Of a DNA stretch of 47,019 nt, positions 29,294-38,304 are shown in pieces (within the stretch, counting starts at the first letter, position 1; each line of letters begins with the position of its first letter). Made by a program: the position numbers and the translations under genes. A model generated the notes under the pieces. That model ran no database searches. It was not told the DNA's origin and saw nothing but the letters and a program-made list of their open reading frames with translations. Origin of the DNA: Candidatus Peribacteria bacterium (GTDB lineage: Bacteria > Patescibacteriota > Gracilibacteria > Peribacterales > Peribacteraceae); assembly GCA_041691135.1 (NCBI GenBank), contig JBEPVF010000012.1:1-47019 (forward strand). The letters run 5' to 3'.

Positions 29294-29686
29294 TCAGGCA
29301 GCCGGACGCGCGCGCTTGCCGAAGGCAAACATCGAACTGCGCTTCTTGCGATCAACCATCTTTTCCTTGTAACGCTTGATCTGCGGCTCCAGTTTTTCGA
29401 TACAACGATCTAACGCATCAATCGGATTGGGGCGGCGCGACTCGGCGCGGAGCTTCTTGTGCGGCAATTCCACCGTGATCATCACCTTCACCTGATCACG
29501 CTCTTTTTTGGTGGCCCGCCGCTCGGCTTCGACCCGAATCGAAGACGCCGGATCACGCAGGCTCTTACAGTACGTCGCCAACTTCCCGATCTTCCGGGCC
29601 AGGAGGATCAAGTCGTCGCTGGTGTACCGGACCCCTTTTTCAAAATGTTCCACATGAATCCCCGTTTCAGGCTGTTTTGCTGCCAT
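29294..29686 (-). CDS. hpf: Ribosome hibernation promoting factor (short HPF/RaiA)
   Basis: RKIGKL and LRAES...IDALDRCIEKLEPQIKRYKEK motifs. Confidence 0.88.
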   Translation of the reverse strand: MAAKQPETGIHVEHFEKGVRYTSDDLILLARKIGKLATYCKSLRDPASSIRVEAERRATKKERDQVKVMITVELPHKKLRAESRRPNPIDALDRCIEKLEPQIKRYKEKMVDRKKRSSMFAFGKRARPAA

Positions 29687-29751
29687 AGAGAGAAGGAATG
29701 AGGAAGAAAACTAGATGAGGATAGCACACTTTCGCTCCAGTTCGTCTGTTC

Positions 29752-29780
29752 TTGGAGAAAAAGGCGTTTTGTGCTATAAT
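29752..29780 (+). promoter_or_regulatory. Sigma70-type promoter of the orphan three-gene cluster
   Basis: TTGGAG-17 nt-TATAAT with TGn extension. Confidence 0.7.
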
Positions 29781-29806
29781 TATTGGAATTCTTCACACAA
29801 ATACCT

Positions 29807-31102
29807 ATGGCAGCTCCCGCAGGAATACCGCCGGAAAATCTGTTTGATAGGGCAGTGACTGAACTTGGGAAAATAAAGGACAACGTAGTAAATAAATTGC
29901 CTCTTACAGACGATACGGTCAAGGAAGCAGGCAAGCATATTTCGTCTGCCAGAGATCACATTAAGAAAGCTACAAAAGAGCGCTGGCATGAGCTTCAATC
30001 GCATATAGAAACCATCCAGCAGGCAGCTGAAGGAAAAATCGACGTAAACGTATTACAGGAGGAAGTAGGAAAACGTGTGATTAGCCTTATGGATGCCGCA
30101 CGTGCGAACATGAGCGATATTTTAGACACGACAACGTCCACTGCTGCGTCAGCGCAAGAAGGATTGACCGGCCTGCTCGCCAAAGGAATGGAGCAGTGGG
30201 AAAAGGTATCGCAGAAAGTCATGGATTTTGCCGCCTCGATCGGTGCCGGCGGGCTGAATCAAATTGCCGATTTTCTCAAAATGATCGGCAGTCCCTGGGC
30301 CGAAACGGTCCGCAGTTTCGCCGAAACTCCGGCCCTGAAGCTGCGAGCAGTGTACAAAATGCTAGAAAAGGAAAATGACCTGAACTTCCTGCGCGCAACA
30401 AATGACAGCGATACATTCAACGACATTCTGACGATTTATACCGGCGTTGAATTCAACAAAGAACAGCGTCGCAAAACACCGCCCAATGATCCTAAGAATG
30501 CAGCTATGACCAAAGACCAGTTCTTTGAAATGCTCAAAACAAAGTTACTGGCAACAAAGGGAGCCAGACCGGCAACTCTTCTCTCGGATGTCAAAAAAGA
30601 GGCAGTGATCTACAGCAACGACTTTCCCCTGCCCATTGCACCAGCACCCGCCGTCGCACCGCCTGCTCCTGCACCCGTACCTCCGGTTGCGCCAGCACCG
30701 GCACCAGCTCCTCCGGCAGCTCCAGCTGCGGCCCCTGGCGGCGTAGAAAAAGATTTGATTGGAAATAATGTACCAGTCGAGGGCCATATCGCGATGGTAG
30801 ATGGACCCCGTGGAATTGTTCTCATAGATGGTGCAAAAAGATGGAGACTCGAAGGACGAGGTGCTATGGGCGTCAAACTTTCTGTAGAAATTTTGGAAGC
30901 AAAACTAACTTCCGATGGGAACTTGAGCTTTAAATTGAAGCACCCTGTAAGCGGAGAACTCATTACAAAAACTATTCCTAAACCGAAGGTTGGAGAGCTT
31001 ATTACCTATCTTTCGAACGATGCCAACACTGAATACCCCCTACCAAACATCGACGCGAGTGGGGCTGCCCTGCCTCCTACTGCATTTTTCGTAAAATTCT
31101 AA
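29807..31102 (+). CDS. Hypothetical protein (helical N-terminal part, Pro/Ala linker, beta-rich C-terminal domain)
   Basis: Long ORF with APAPAVAPPAPAP linker; no family recognised. Confidence 0.8.
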   Translation: MAAPAGIPPENLFDRAVTELGKIKDNVVNKLPLTDDTVKEAGKHISSARDHIKKATKERWHELQSHIETIQQAAEGKIDVNVLQEEVGKRVISLMDAARANMSDILDTTTSTAASAQEGLTGLLAKGMEQWEKVSQKVMDFAASIGAGGLNQIADFLKMIGSPWAETVRSFAETPALKLRAVYKMLEKENDLNFLRATNDSDTFNDILTIYTGVEFNKEQRRKTPPNDPKNAAMTKDQFFEMLKTKLLATKGARPATLLSDVKKEAVIYSNDFPLPIAPAPAVAPPAPAPVPPVAPAPAPAPPAAPAAAPGGVEKDLIGNNVPVEGHIAMVDGPRGIVLIDGAKRWRLEGRGAMGVKLSVEILEAKLTSDGNLSFKLKHPVSGELITKTIPKPKVGELITYLSNDANTEYPLPNIDASGAALPPTAFFVKF

Positions 31103-31506
31103 TGACCGAAGTAAACGCATCATCTTCACCAGCAGAAACCGTTCTCCCTCAGCATCTTCAGGAATTCTGGAAACTGACGAAGGAGCTTGATGCGGCGGTG
31201 CGCATTAACAATGCCGAGGAGCAAGCAAAGGTGAATGAGCGACTCACATTTTTACTGGGTTCTCTATCCCCCGCTGAACGTGCCCAGATTCTTTCGGCGA
31301 TTGAACAGGAAGGTGTATCGGCAAAGATCGCCTATACGCGCAGCAGCGCCCGAAAAAATATACTCAAGGTGATATATGGAGCAGGGCAAATTATGAGCGA
31401 TGCTGCCGATATGGTTCCCCCACTGCTCGCAAAAACGTGGGAGCTGATTTGGACGACGATCATGAAGATTAAAAAGGCTCATCAAGAAGCATCTGCTGCC
31501 GCTTAA
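31102..31506 (+). CDS. Hypothetical helical protein
   Basis: TAATG translational coupling with the upstream ORF; next ATG directly follows its stop. Confidence 0.75.
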   Translation: MTEVNASSSPAETVLPQHLQEFWKLTKELDAAVRINNAEEQAKVNERLTFLLGSLSPAERAQILSAIEQEGVSAKIAYTRSSARKNILKVIYGAGQIMSDAADMVPPLLAKTWELIWTTIMKIKKAHQEASAAA

Positions 31507-34500
31507 ATGTTTGACCACATCGTCAGCCACCGGCTGTCCACACTGATCTGCGAACACCGTTTGCTGTTTAATAAAATTGATGTGGTGCCGGAGACGAAAG
31601 TGGAACCTGCTGTCGAAAAAAAGCCGGATGTCGCGGCTGGAGCTCCTACCATTGAAGCGGCAATAGAGCCGCCACCCGTCAAAGGAATCATCGACGCAAA
31701 CTTACAAAATGCGGAGCAACGTGTCGACGCGAAGCTGGATGCTCGCCAGCAGAACCAAGGAAGGCGTGTCGACCTGCTCAAAAAAATTACAGAACCGCCG
31801 CAGCCGCTCAATGCCCAACCGGCTGTATCGGCCGAGCAAATGCAGGCCGTGCAGCAGACTGCCGAAAAACTGGCACAGAGCGCGCCGAACGCCACAGTCG
31901 AGCAAAAGAAGACATTTCTGGGACAGGTACAGAAGACGGTAACGGACGTGTACCAGGATTTCCGAACCGGATCCAATTGGAAAAAAGTCGGTTACATCAC
32001 CACAGGCGTCGTAGGCTTGCTGGCTGTACGTTGGCTCTGGAATAGCATCAGAAATACCATCGTCGGTACGGACGAAAAAGAGGGAGCGATCAGCAAAACA
32101 TTGGGATGGGGGTTGAGCCTGGCCGGGGCTGCCGCAGGTGTCTTGGGACTCAAAGTCGCATTTAATTTCGTCAACGATCCACTTGGATTCAAAAAAGCAA
32201 TGGACTCCGCTGGTAACCCGGATAATTCAAAGGAACCACGCATCGGTGACCGCCTCGGTCTGCCAGGCCTCGATACGGCCATCGACGCAGCAGGCGCTGC
32301 GGGCAATCTGGGATTAGGCGCAATGGCTGCCGGGACAGAGCAAGGCAAAAACGCTCTTCCTATCGGAGCGGATGTGGCACGGCTTGCTGAGTCATTCAAC
32401 GCTCTTCTATTGAGCGACAAACTGCCGGAAGCGTTTGCCCTGTTCGTTGCAAATGGCTGTATTTTGGCAAAAGATACGACCGGATTCGTATTGAATATAG
32501 GTGGGAAACAATGGAAATTGGCAAAAGAACTGCATGAAAAATTTGTAAAATACTGCGGCTTAGAAGAGAAGGCCGGCAATGTCCTCTTCGTATACGGTGA
32601 ATTCGGCGCCACATATTTGATGTCTAAAGCAACGTGGCAACTTATCCTGACTGGAAAATTGCGCATTCCCTCGCGTATGACGGCTCTTCGCCTTCTTGCC
32701 AGTCCTATAATGCTCGCACGCGACACGATGAGCGGCATGCTGACCATCGCGACACCCAACGGTCGTAAGCTCTTGGCGTTACAGTTAAAACGCTACGGCC
32801 TTGCCCCCCTCTTCCAAAGTGTGATGGATTACCGCGATGCGTTGTCCGGTGATCCACAGCGCTTTGCAAGAGCCATTGAAAAATGGGCGCGTCTAAAGGA
32901 AGCAGAGAACATCGTAGCATTGAACCAAGAGGGTTTTCTCAAGGGACTCTCGTCCAGGCAGGCACTGGAGGGAATCACACGCGAGAAAAATTTACTCTTA
33001 CAGCGCTTGCAAAAGGGGTTGGCAAAATTCAAAGGACGGACCGACTTACCCGAAGTGATTCAAAAACTGATGATGAAGGGCGAACTTAAAGAAATGCACA
33101 AATTTGAAGAATATCTGGATGCGACAAGAAATGAGTTGAAACTTGGCTCTGCCGTTGCAGACGATGCAATCGACATGGCTACCGCTGGGGCAAAAGGATC
33201 AGCTACTGAACTTGCCGACGATGTGATTGGGGACGCTGATGATGCGGTTAAAAAAACTCCTGTGGCCAAAGCGCCTCCCGCAAGCGGTGTCATTGATGAT
33301 ATTGCCTCCGAAGCAGACGACGTTCTTTCCAAGTTAAAGGGCCGCGCTTCGAATTTCGTCGACGCATTGGAAGCATCCAAACTCGATCCGGCTGACAAAC
33401 TGAGACGTGCCCATTCGTACACGCAATTGCTTGAAAAATACGGCGATGAAGCAGCTGACTTACTGAGTGACAGCGAGTTCATTGAAGCATTCGTATCCCA
33501 TGGCGATCACCCGTTGCTGCGCAAACTCATTCTCTCACGTGCAGCGAATGGAGCTGAAGGTCTGGAGGCAGGCATTCGGTCCTTCGCAAAATGGTCAAAG
33601 AGATTGAATTTCACGCTCAAGGGCGGCAAATATTTCCTACGTGGCTTAGGAGTCGTAGGAAGCGGATTCGAAATTGGCCAGGGTATTATGTCTCTCAGTG
33701 AAGCATATCAACTCACCCAACAGTTGGAAAAATTGGAAGCGGCTGGTCTGGATGTGGAGAAAGATGTTCAACTGGCTGCAGTCAGCACCATGCGCAATTG
33801 GAAAGCGGTTGCGGGCGTTGCGGGCGTTGCGGGTGGGGCGGTCGGACTGATTGGCTCATTGCCTTTCGTGGCTGCGGGAGTTGGAGCATGTGGCCCAGTT
33901 GCATTGGTCATGACACCGATTATCCTTGCGAAAGCCGGATACGAAATACGCCAAGCAGAATTGGAAACATTCAAGACGCCCGAGGAACAGCTAACGTATT
34001 TGTTCGAATTGATACAGAATAAATCGCCCGTCGAATCGCTGCGCGACGAAGAAGGACTCTCGTTGGCCGAGTACTTCGATATCTCGACAGGTTACTTGAA
34101 AATTGGATCACAAGGACTATCCAACCGCGCTTCGACACGCGAATGGCTGCATGCGCACATGCGTCAGCAAGAATGGCGCGAAAAAGTGATGCGAGTGATC
34201 GTGACGCGCGCCCTTATGGCTCGCGGAATCAATCTGCCAACGAGGACTGTACAGATCGGCAAAGAGCAGAAGCAAATCGCCAATATAGATAGCGTGTATC
34301 CCCTGATCGAAAACTACATTCGCATCAGTCTGTTTTCGGAAACCGGTGAAAAGGGAAATGCATGGGGCATGCGGCTCGGAGAAGTTGAAGATAAAGATCT
34401 TGAACATATCTTGAACGAAGCGATTGATCTGGCTGAACAAAAACTTCTGGTTGAACAGCTACAGAAAAGCGCTCCGAATTCACCGGAGCGAGTGACCTAT

Positions 34501-34767
34501 GCCGATCGGGAAACCTTCCTAGGCACAAAGTTCGACAAAACAAAGGCATCGGATTTTGCCAATGCCGATGTCTTCCGTCCGCTGCGCGAATCAACAATCG
34601 AGCCCATCGCACCGTACCGCTGGGAACGCTGGTTTGGTAGCGAGAAGGCAAAGCTGTATGATGGTTACCGTTTGCGCAGTAAAAAAGAAAGTGAGCAATG
34701 GGAGAAGCAAATCAATAAATTCAGGACTAAAATCTGGAGCTCCGAGGGCTCTTCATCCGCCGCATAG
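31507..34767 (+). CDS. Large (1086 aa) hypothetical protein with several Gly/Ala-rich hydrophobic helices
   Basis: Long ORF with segments YITTGVVGLLAVRWLW, LGWGLSLAGAAAGVLGL and AVAGVAGVAGGAVGLIG. Confidence 0.85.
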   Translation: MFDHIVSHRLSTLICEHRLLFNKIDVVPETKVEPAVEKKPDVAAGAPTIEAAIEPPPVKGIIDANLQNAEQRVDAKLDARQQNQGRRVDLLKKITEPPQPLNAQPAVSAEQMQAVQQTAEKLAQSAPNATVEQKKTFLGQVQKTVTDVYQDFRTGSNWKKVGYITTGVVGLLAVRWLWNSIRNTIVGTDEKEGAISKTLGWGLSLAGAAAGVLGLKVAFNFVNDPLGFKKAMDSAGNPDNSKEPRIGDRLGLPGLDTAIDAAGAAGNLGLGAMAAGTEQGKNALPIGADVARLAESFNALLLSDKLPEAFALFVANGCILAKDTTGFVLNIGGKQWKLAKELHEKFVKYCGLEEKAGNVLFVYGEFGATYLMSKATWQLILTGKLRIPSRMTALRLLASPIMLARDTMSGMLTIATPNGRKLLALQLKRYGLAPLFQSVMDYRDALSGDPQRFARAIEKWARLKEAENIVALNQEGFLKGLSSRQALEGITREKNLLLQRLQKGLAKFKGRTDLPEVIQKLMMKGELKEMHKFEEYLDATRNELKLGSAVADDAIDMATAGAKGSATELADDVIGDADDAVKKTPVAKAPPASGVIDDIASEADDVLSKLKGRASNFVDALEASKLDPADKLRRAHSYTQLLEKYGDEAADLLSDSEFIEAFVSHGDHPLLRKLILSRAANGAEGLEAGIRSFAKWSKRLNFTLKGGKYFLRGLGVVGSGFEIGQGIMSLSEAYQLTQQLEKLEAAGLDVEKDVQLAAVSTMRNWKAVAGVAGVAGGAVGLIGSLPFVAAGVGACGPVALVMTPIILAKAGYEIRQAELETFKTPEEQLTYLFELIQNKSPVESLRDEEGLSLAEYFDISTGYLKIGSQGLSNRASTREWLHAHMRQQEWREKVMRVIVTRALMARGINLPTRTVQIGKEQKQIANIDSVYPLIENYIRISLFSETGEKGNAWGMRLGEVEDKDLEHILNEAIDLAEQKLLVEQLQKSAPNSPERVTYADRETFLGTKFDKTKASDFANADVFRPLRESTIEPIAPYRWERWFGSEKAKLYDGYRLRSKKESEQWEKQINKFRTKIWSSEGSSSAA

Positions 34768-34770
34768 TCC

Positions 34771-35184
34771 ATGCATTCACTCTTCTCCACCTACATCTTC
34801 CTCATTCCCCTGCTCGTCCTCTTTTTGGCTGAGCTGACGAAGGTGGCCATCGAGATGATCCATGATCACACGTGGCACGAGAAGCTGTTTCAACCGGGTG
34901 GCATGCCCAGCACGCACTCGGCGTTCGTCACCAGTCTGCTCATCGTGGTGGCCCAGCGCAGCGGCACCCAATCAACCGACTTCGCCATCGCCTTCGTGTT
35001 CGCCTGCGTGATGTGGTACGACGCCATGAGCAGCCGCAAAGCCATCGGCGATCAGGCCAGAATCCTCAACCGCCTGCAGAACTGGGAACACTTCAAAGAA
35101 CGTCTTGGGCATTCGGCAATCGAAGTGGCGGCAGGAATAGGATTTGGAGCAGTGGTGACATGGGTGGGAATGTGGATCTTTTGA
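34771..35184 (+). CDS. Divergent PAP2 family (DUF212) membrane protein
   Basis: GGMPSTHSA, VMWYDA..R...G.QA..LN and E.LGH..IEV..G motifs. Confidence 0.93.
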   Translation: MHSLFSTYIFLIPLLVLFLAELTKVAIEMIHDHTWHEKLFQPGGMPSTHSAFVTSLLIVVAQRSGTQSTDFAIAFVFACVMWYDAMSSRKAIGDQARILNRLQNWEHFKERLGHSAIEVAAGIGFGAVVTWVGMWIF

Positions 35185-35226
35185 GAGGTGACCGAGGTGG
35201 CAGAGGTGACCGATGGGACCGAGGAG
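35185..35226. repeat. 9-mer tandem array, left arm around the four-helix-bundle gene
   Basis: GAGGTGACC GAGGTGGCA GAGGTGACC GATGGGACC GAGGAG; 35188-35213 is the perfect reverse complement of 35714-35739. Confidence 0.9.
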
Positions 35227-35230
35227 ATTT

Positions 35231-35587
35231 TTAGAGAAAAGAATTTCTGAGCTTGTAGAGAAGATAGCCGACACCATTGATTTGCGAGTGTAAGGCATCT
35301 TTTTGATCGGCTGAAATATAGGACAGATCATAAGAGAGTGTGCACTGATAGTGCAGTTCTTCCAAAGAACCTACTGCAATATCAATAAAATGTATTTTTT
35401 CCTTCTTCGACCGTCTCCCGTTTCCTTCAGCTATATTCGTCGGAACACTGTAGCCGGAGCGTCGCATCTGATTCGTAAGACCAAATTTTTCTTCGGCAGG
35501 GAATGACTTTGTCACTTGATAGATCGATACACACAATTCATGTGCCCTCTTCCAGACAATAAGTTTTTCATAAAGTCGTATACGCAT
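35231..35587 (-). CDS. Four helix bundle protein (23S rRNA intervening-sequence protein / Avd-like family)
   Basis: L.VWKRAHEL...IY..T..FP.EEKFGLTNQMRRS..SVPTNIAEG.GR...F..IA.GSLEE pattern. Confidence 0.95.
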   Translation of the reverse strand: MRIRLYEKLIVWKRAHELCVSIYQVTKSFPAEEKFGLTNQMRRSGYSVPTNIAEGNGRRSKKEKIHFIDIAVGSLEELHYQCTLSYDLSYISADQKDALHSQINGVGYLLYKLRNSFL

Positions 35588-35708
35588 ATCGATAGAGTCT
35601 CTCGCAGCATGGAATTTAAAAAGGCGGTGAGAACAGATCGGAAAAGACAAAATTGTTTTTGCTTTTATATATGGAGCGAAAAACAGTTCTCTACATCAAC
35701 AGAACGCC

Positions 35709-35749
35709 GATCCTCGGTCACCTCTGCCACCTCGGTCACATCGGTCGCC
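35709..35749. repeat. 9-mer tandem array, right (inverted) arm
   Basis: CCTCGGTCA CCTCTGCCA CCTCGGTCA CATCGGTCG. Confidence 0.9.
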
Positions 35750-35798
35750 TTTTCTAGTCTCTCTTCACAAAATCCCGGCTGGCCTCTAGCCTATCCCC

Positions 35799-37229
35799 AT
35801 GCCCCGCCTTTCCAGTCAATCCGACGATTTTTCCCAGTGGTACCTCGATGTGATCGAACAGGCCGATATGGCCGATTACAGCGATGTAAAGGGCTGCATC
35901 ATCTTCAAACCGTACGGATATGCTATTTGGGAGAATATTCAGCGCGAGATGGACCGCCGCATCAAGGAACTAGGTGTTGAGAATGCCTACTTTCCGCTGT
36001 TCATCCCGGAATCGATCATGAATAAGGAAAAGGAGCATATCGCAGGATTTGCGCCAGAGTGTGCGGTGGTGACCATCGGCGGCGGCAAAGAACTGGCCGA
36101 GAAGCTCTACATTCGTCCGACCAGCGAGACGATCATGTACAGCACATTCGCCAAGTGGATCAAATCGCACCGCGATCTGCCGCTCAAGATCAACCAGTGG
36201 GCCAACATCGTCCGATGGGAGATGCGCACGCGTCCTTTTCTGCGCACCACCGAATTCTTGTGGCAGGAAGGACACACCGCCCACTCCACCGAAGACGAAG
36301 CGGATGAGATGGCCGAAGCTGCACTGCAAATGTACGTCGATTTCGATCGCGACTTCCTGGCGCTCCCCGTGATGCATGGCCGCAAACCGGATCACGACAA
36401 ATTCGCCGGTGCCGAGTACACCCTGACCACCGAAGCGCTGGCCCGCGATGGCAAAGCGATCCAGGCCGGTACATCGCATGGCCTGGGACAGGGATTCTCC
36501 AATGCTTACGACATCAGCTTCCTCAACGAAACCGGCGAAAAGAGCCGCCCGTGGATCACGAGCTGGGGAGTTTCCACGCGTCTGATCGGTACTCTCATCG
36601 TCGTCCACGGTGACGAGAAAGGTCTGCGTCTGCCGCCAGCCGTCGCCCCGATCCAGGCGGTGATTGTCCCGATCTACAAATCCGAAACCGAACGCGAGAT
36701 GATTTTGACTGCCGCCGAAACGTTGGTGGAATCGTGGAAGAAACGTGTGCGCGCCAAGGTCGATCTGCGCGCCGAAAAATCTCCCGGCTTCAAATTCAAC
36801 GAATGGGAAGTAAAAGGCGTTCCTCTGCGCATCGAGATTGGTCCCAAGGACATGGCGGCCGCCTCCGTGACGATTGTGCGGCGCGACACGGGCACCAAAG
36901 AATCAATTCCCCTAGCCACCTGCACGGCTGAGTACATCGAAAGTCTGCTCGCCGACATCCAGGGGACGCTACTCGAAGATGCACGGCTGTATATGGAATC
37001 CCATACCCACGAAGCGCATTCGCTGGAAGAGATGCACAACTTCCTCTCGCAGAGCGGCGGCTTCGTCTGGGCCCCCTGGGACGGCTCCTCAGCCACTGCC
37101 GACCGCATCAAGGAAGCCACCAAAGCCACCATCCGTATAGTGGATCATGAGCGCGACATACGTGACAAAAAGGATCTGCTGTCGGGAGCAGACGCGAGGT
37201 ACATGGCAGCGTTTGCGAGAGCGTATTAA
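35799..37229 (+). CDS. proS: Proline--tRNA ligase, archaeal/eukaryotic type
   Basis: RPTSET, NQWANIVRWE, FLRTTEFLWQEGHT, QAGTSH and SWGVSTR motifs; C-terminal FARAY. Confidence 0.97.
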   Translation: MPRLSSQSDDFSQWYLDVIEQADMADYSDVKGCIIFKPYGYAIWENIQREMDRRIKELGVENAYFPLFIPESIMNKEKEHIAGFAPECAVVTIGGGKELAEKLYIRPTSETIMYSTFAKWIKSHRDLPLKINQWANIVRWEMRTRPFLRTTEFLWQEGHTAHSTEDEADEMAEAALQMYVDFDRDFLALPVMHGRKPDHDKFAGAEYTLTTEALARDGKAIQAGTSHGLGQGFSNAYDISFLNETGEKSRPWITSWGVSTRLIGTLIVVHGDEKGLRLPPAVAPIQAVIVPIYKSETEREMILTAAETLVESWKKRVRAKVDLRAEKSPGFKFNEWEVKGVPLRIEIGPKDMAAASVTIVRRDTGTKESIPLATCTAEYIESLLADIQGTLLEDARLYMESHTHEAHSLEEMHNFLSQSGGFVWAPWDGSSATADRIKEATKATIRIVDHERDIRDKKDLLSGADARYMAAFARAY

Positions 37230-37318
37230 AAAGTGACAGAGAATAAGACGATGAAGAATAATCCTCTTTTTTTGTTATCCTCTGTCACCTCGGTCACCTC
37301 TGCTTCTTCGGCCACTTT
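37230..37318. repeat. Empty 9-mer array locus of the same family
   Basis: CCTCTGTCA CCTCGGTCA CCTCTGCTT CTTCGGCCA, with a remnant inverted arm GTGACAGAG at ~37232. Confidence 0.75.
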
Positions 37319-37350
37319 AATAATCACTCTCTTTCCGTTAATCTTTCCCC

Positions 37351-37782
37351 ATGCCCGATCGCCCCAGTGTTGGCATTGCTGTGTTGATCCGCCGCGAAGG
37401 CAAAGTACTCCTCGGCTTGCGCCGCAATGCGCATGGCGATGGCACATGGGCGGCACCAGGCGGCCATCTGGAATTCGGCGAAGGGTTCGAGGAATGCGCG
37501 CACCGGGAAGTGCTGGAAGAAACCGGCCTAGAAATCGCACACCTGCATCAGGGCATCGTCACCAATGATGTCTTCGAAGACGAAGACAAGCACTACATCA
37601 CCATCATTATGATTGCGGACTACATCGAAGGTGAGCCGACCGTTCTTGAGCCCGAGAAATGCGAAAGCTGGCAGTGGTTCCGCTGGAATGAACTGCCCGA
37701 CAATTTGTTCCTGCCGCTGCAGAATGCCATGCAGGAAGGATTCAATCCGTTTGAAGAGAAGCAGATAACATCCTTTCTGTAG
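37351..37782 (+). CDS. Nudix hydrolase (NUDT15/MutT-like)
   Basis: GGHLEFGEGFEECAHREVLEETGL Nudix box; EPEKCESWQWF..LP..LF.PL. Confidence 0.93.
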   Translation: MPDRPSVGIAVLIRREGKVLLGLRRNAHGDGTWAAPGGHLEFGEGFEECAHREVLEETGLEIAHLHQGIVTNDVFEDEDKHYITIIMIADYIEGEPTVLEPEKCESWQWFRWNELPDNLFLPLQNAMQEGFNPFEEKQITSFL

Positions 37783-37818
37783 AAACCAGAGACCAATTGG
37801 CCTCTGGCATCTGGCTTT

Positions 37819-38130
37819 TTACTGCCCGGCTTTCTTCAGGTCCTGCCTGAGCATCTCTCCACTATGTTTTGCACGGCTTTCGATATCGTGTCCTGCCTGC
37901 TTCATCCGCTGAGCAACCGGATTGTGGCGGGCGAAATCTTTCACATCATCCGCTAGTTCATGGGCATGGATTTTCATATGCCGCTGAAACACTCGCATGG
38001 CGCCTGTAGCTGATGGAGCCTTCTGCATGTCTTTTCGCAGCTTGGGATGGCTAAGGACATACGCGGTAAACGCACCGGCCGTGGCACCCAAGACACCGAC
38101 GGCGCCGTACAGATACATTCGTGGTTTCAT
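37819..38130 (-). CDS. Small membrane-anchored hypothetical protein, paralog of 16096..16473
   Basis: Shared G..G...AYVL....LR....KA..A..G......H......L...V..F pattern. Confidence 0.7.
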   Translation of the reverse strand: MKPRMYLYGAVGVLGATAGAFTAYVLSHPKLRKDMQKAPSATGAMRVFQRHMKIHAHELADDVKDFARHNPVAQRMKQAGHDIESRAKHSGEMLRQDLKKAGQ

Positions 38131-38304
38131 AGAGGTAAGGGGAAGAATGCATATACTGACGGGTGATGCCAAAAAGACTTACGAACTGGAGCGGAAACGT
38201 GAGGGACACAGGACTTTGTGGACAAAATTTAATTAATATTTTACCGTTATAAAGAAGTCTGCAACCGTTCCATCACATCACCACTCAGAAAGCTCAGGAT
38301 TCCC

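Noticed and set aside
30636-30740. GCACC-rich repeat as a DNA element
   Set aside because: Explained by the Pro/Ala linker codons of the 29807 ORF.
35231-35587. Diversity-generating retroelement (Avd-like gene)
   Set aside because: No reverse transcriptase and no TR/VR pair. Differences between the terminal duplicates are not adenine-specific.
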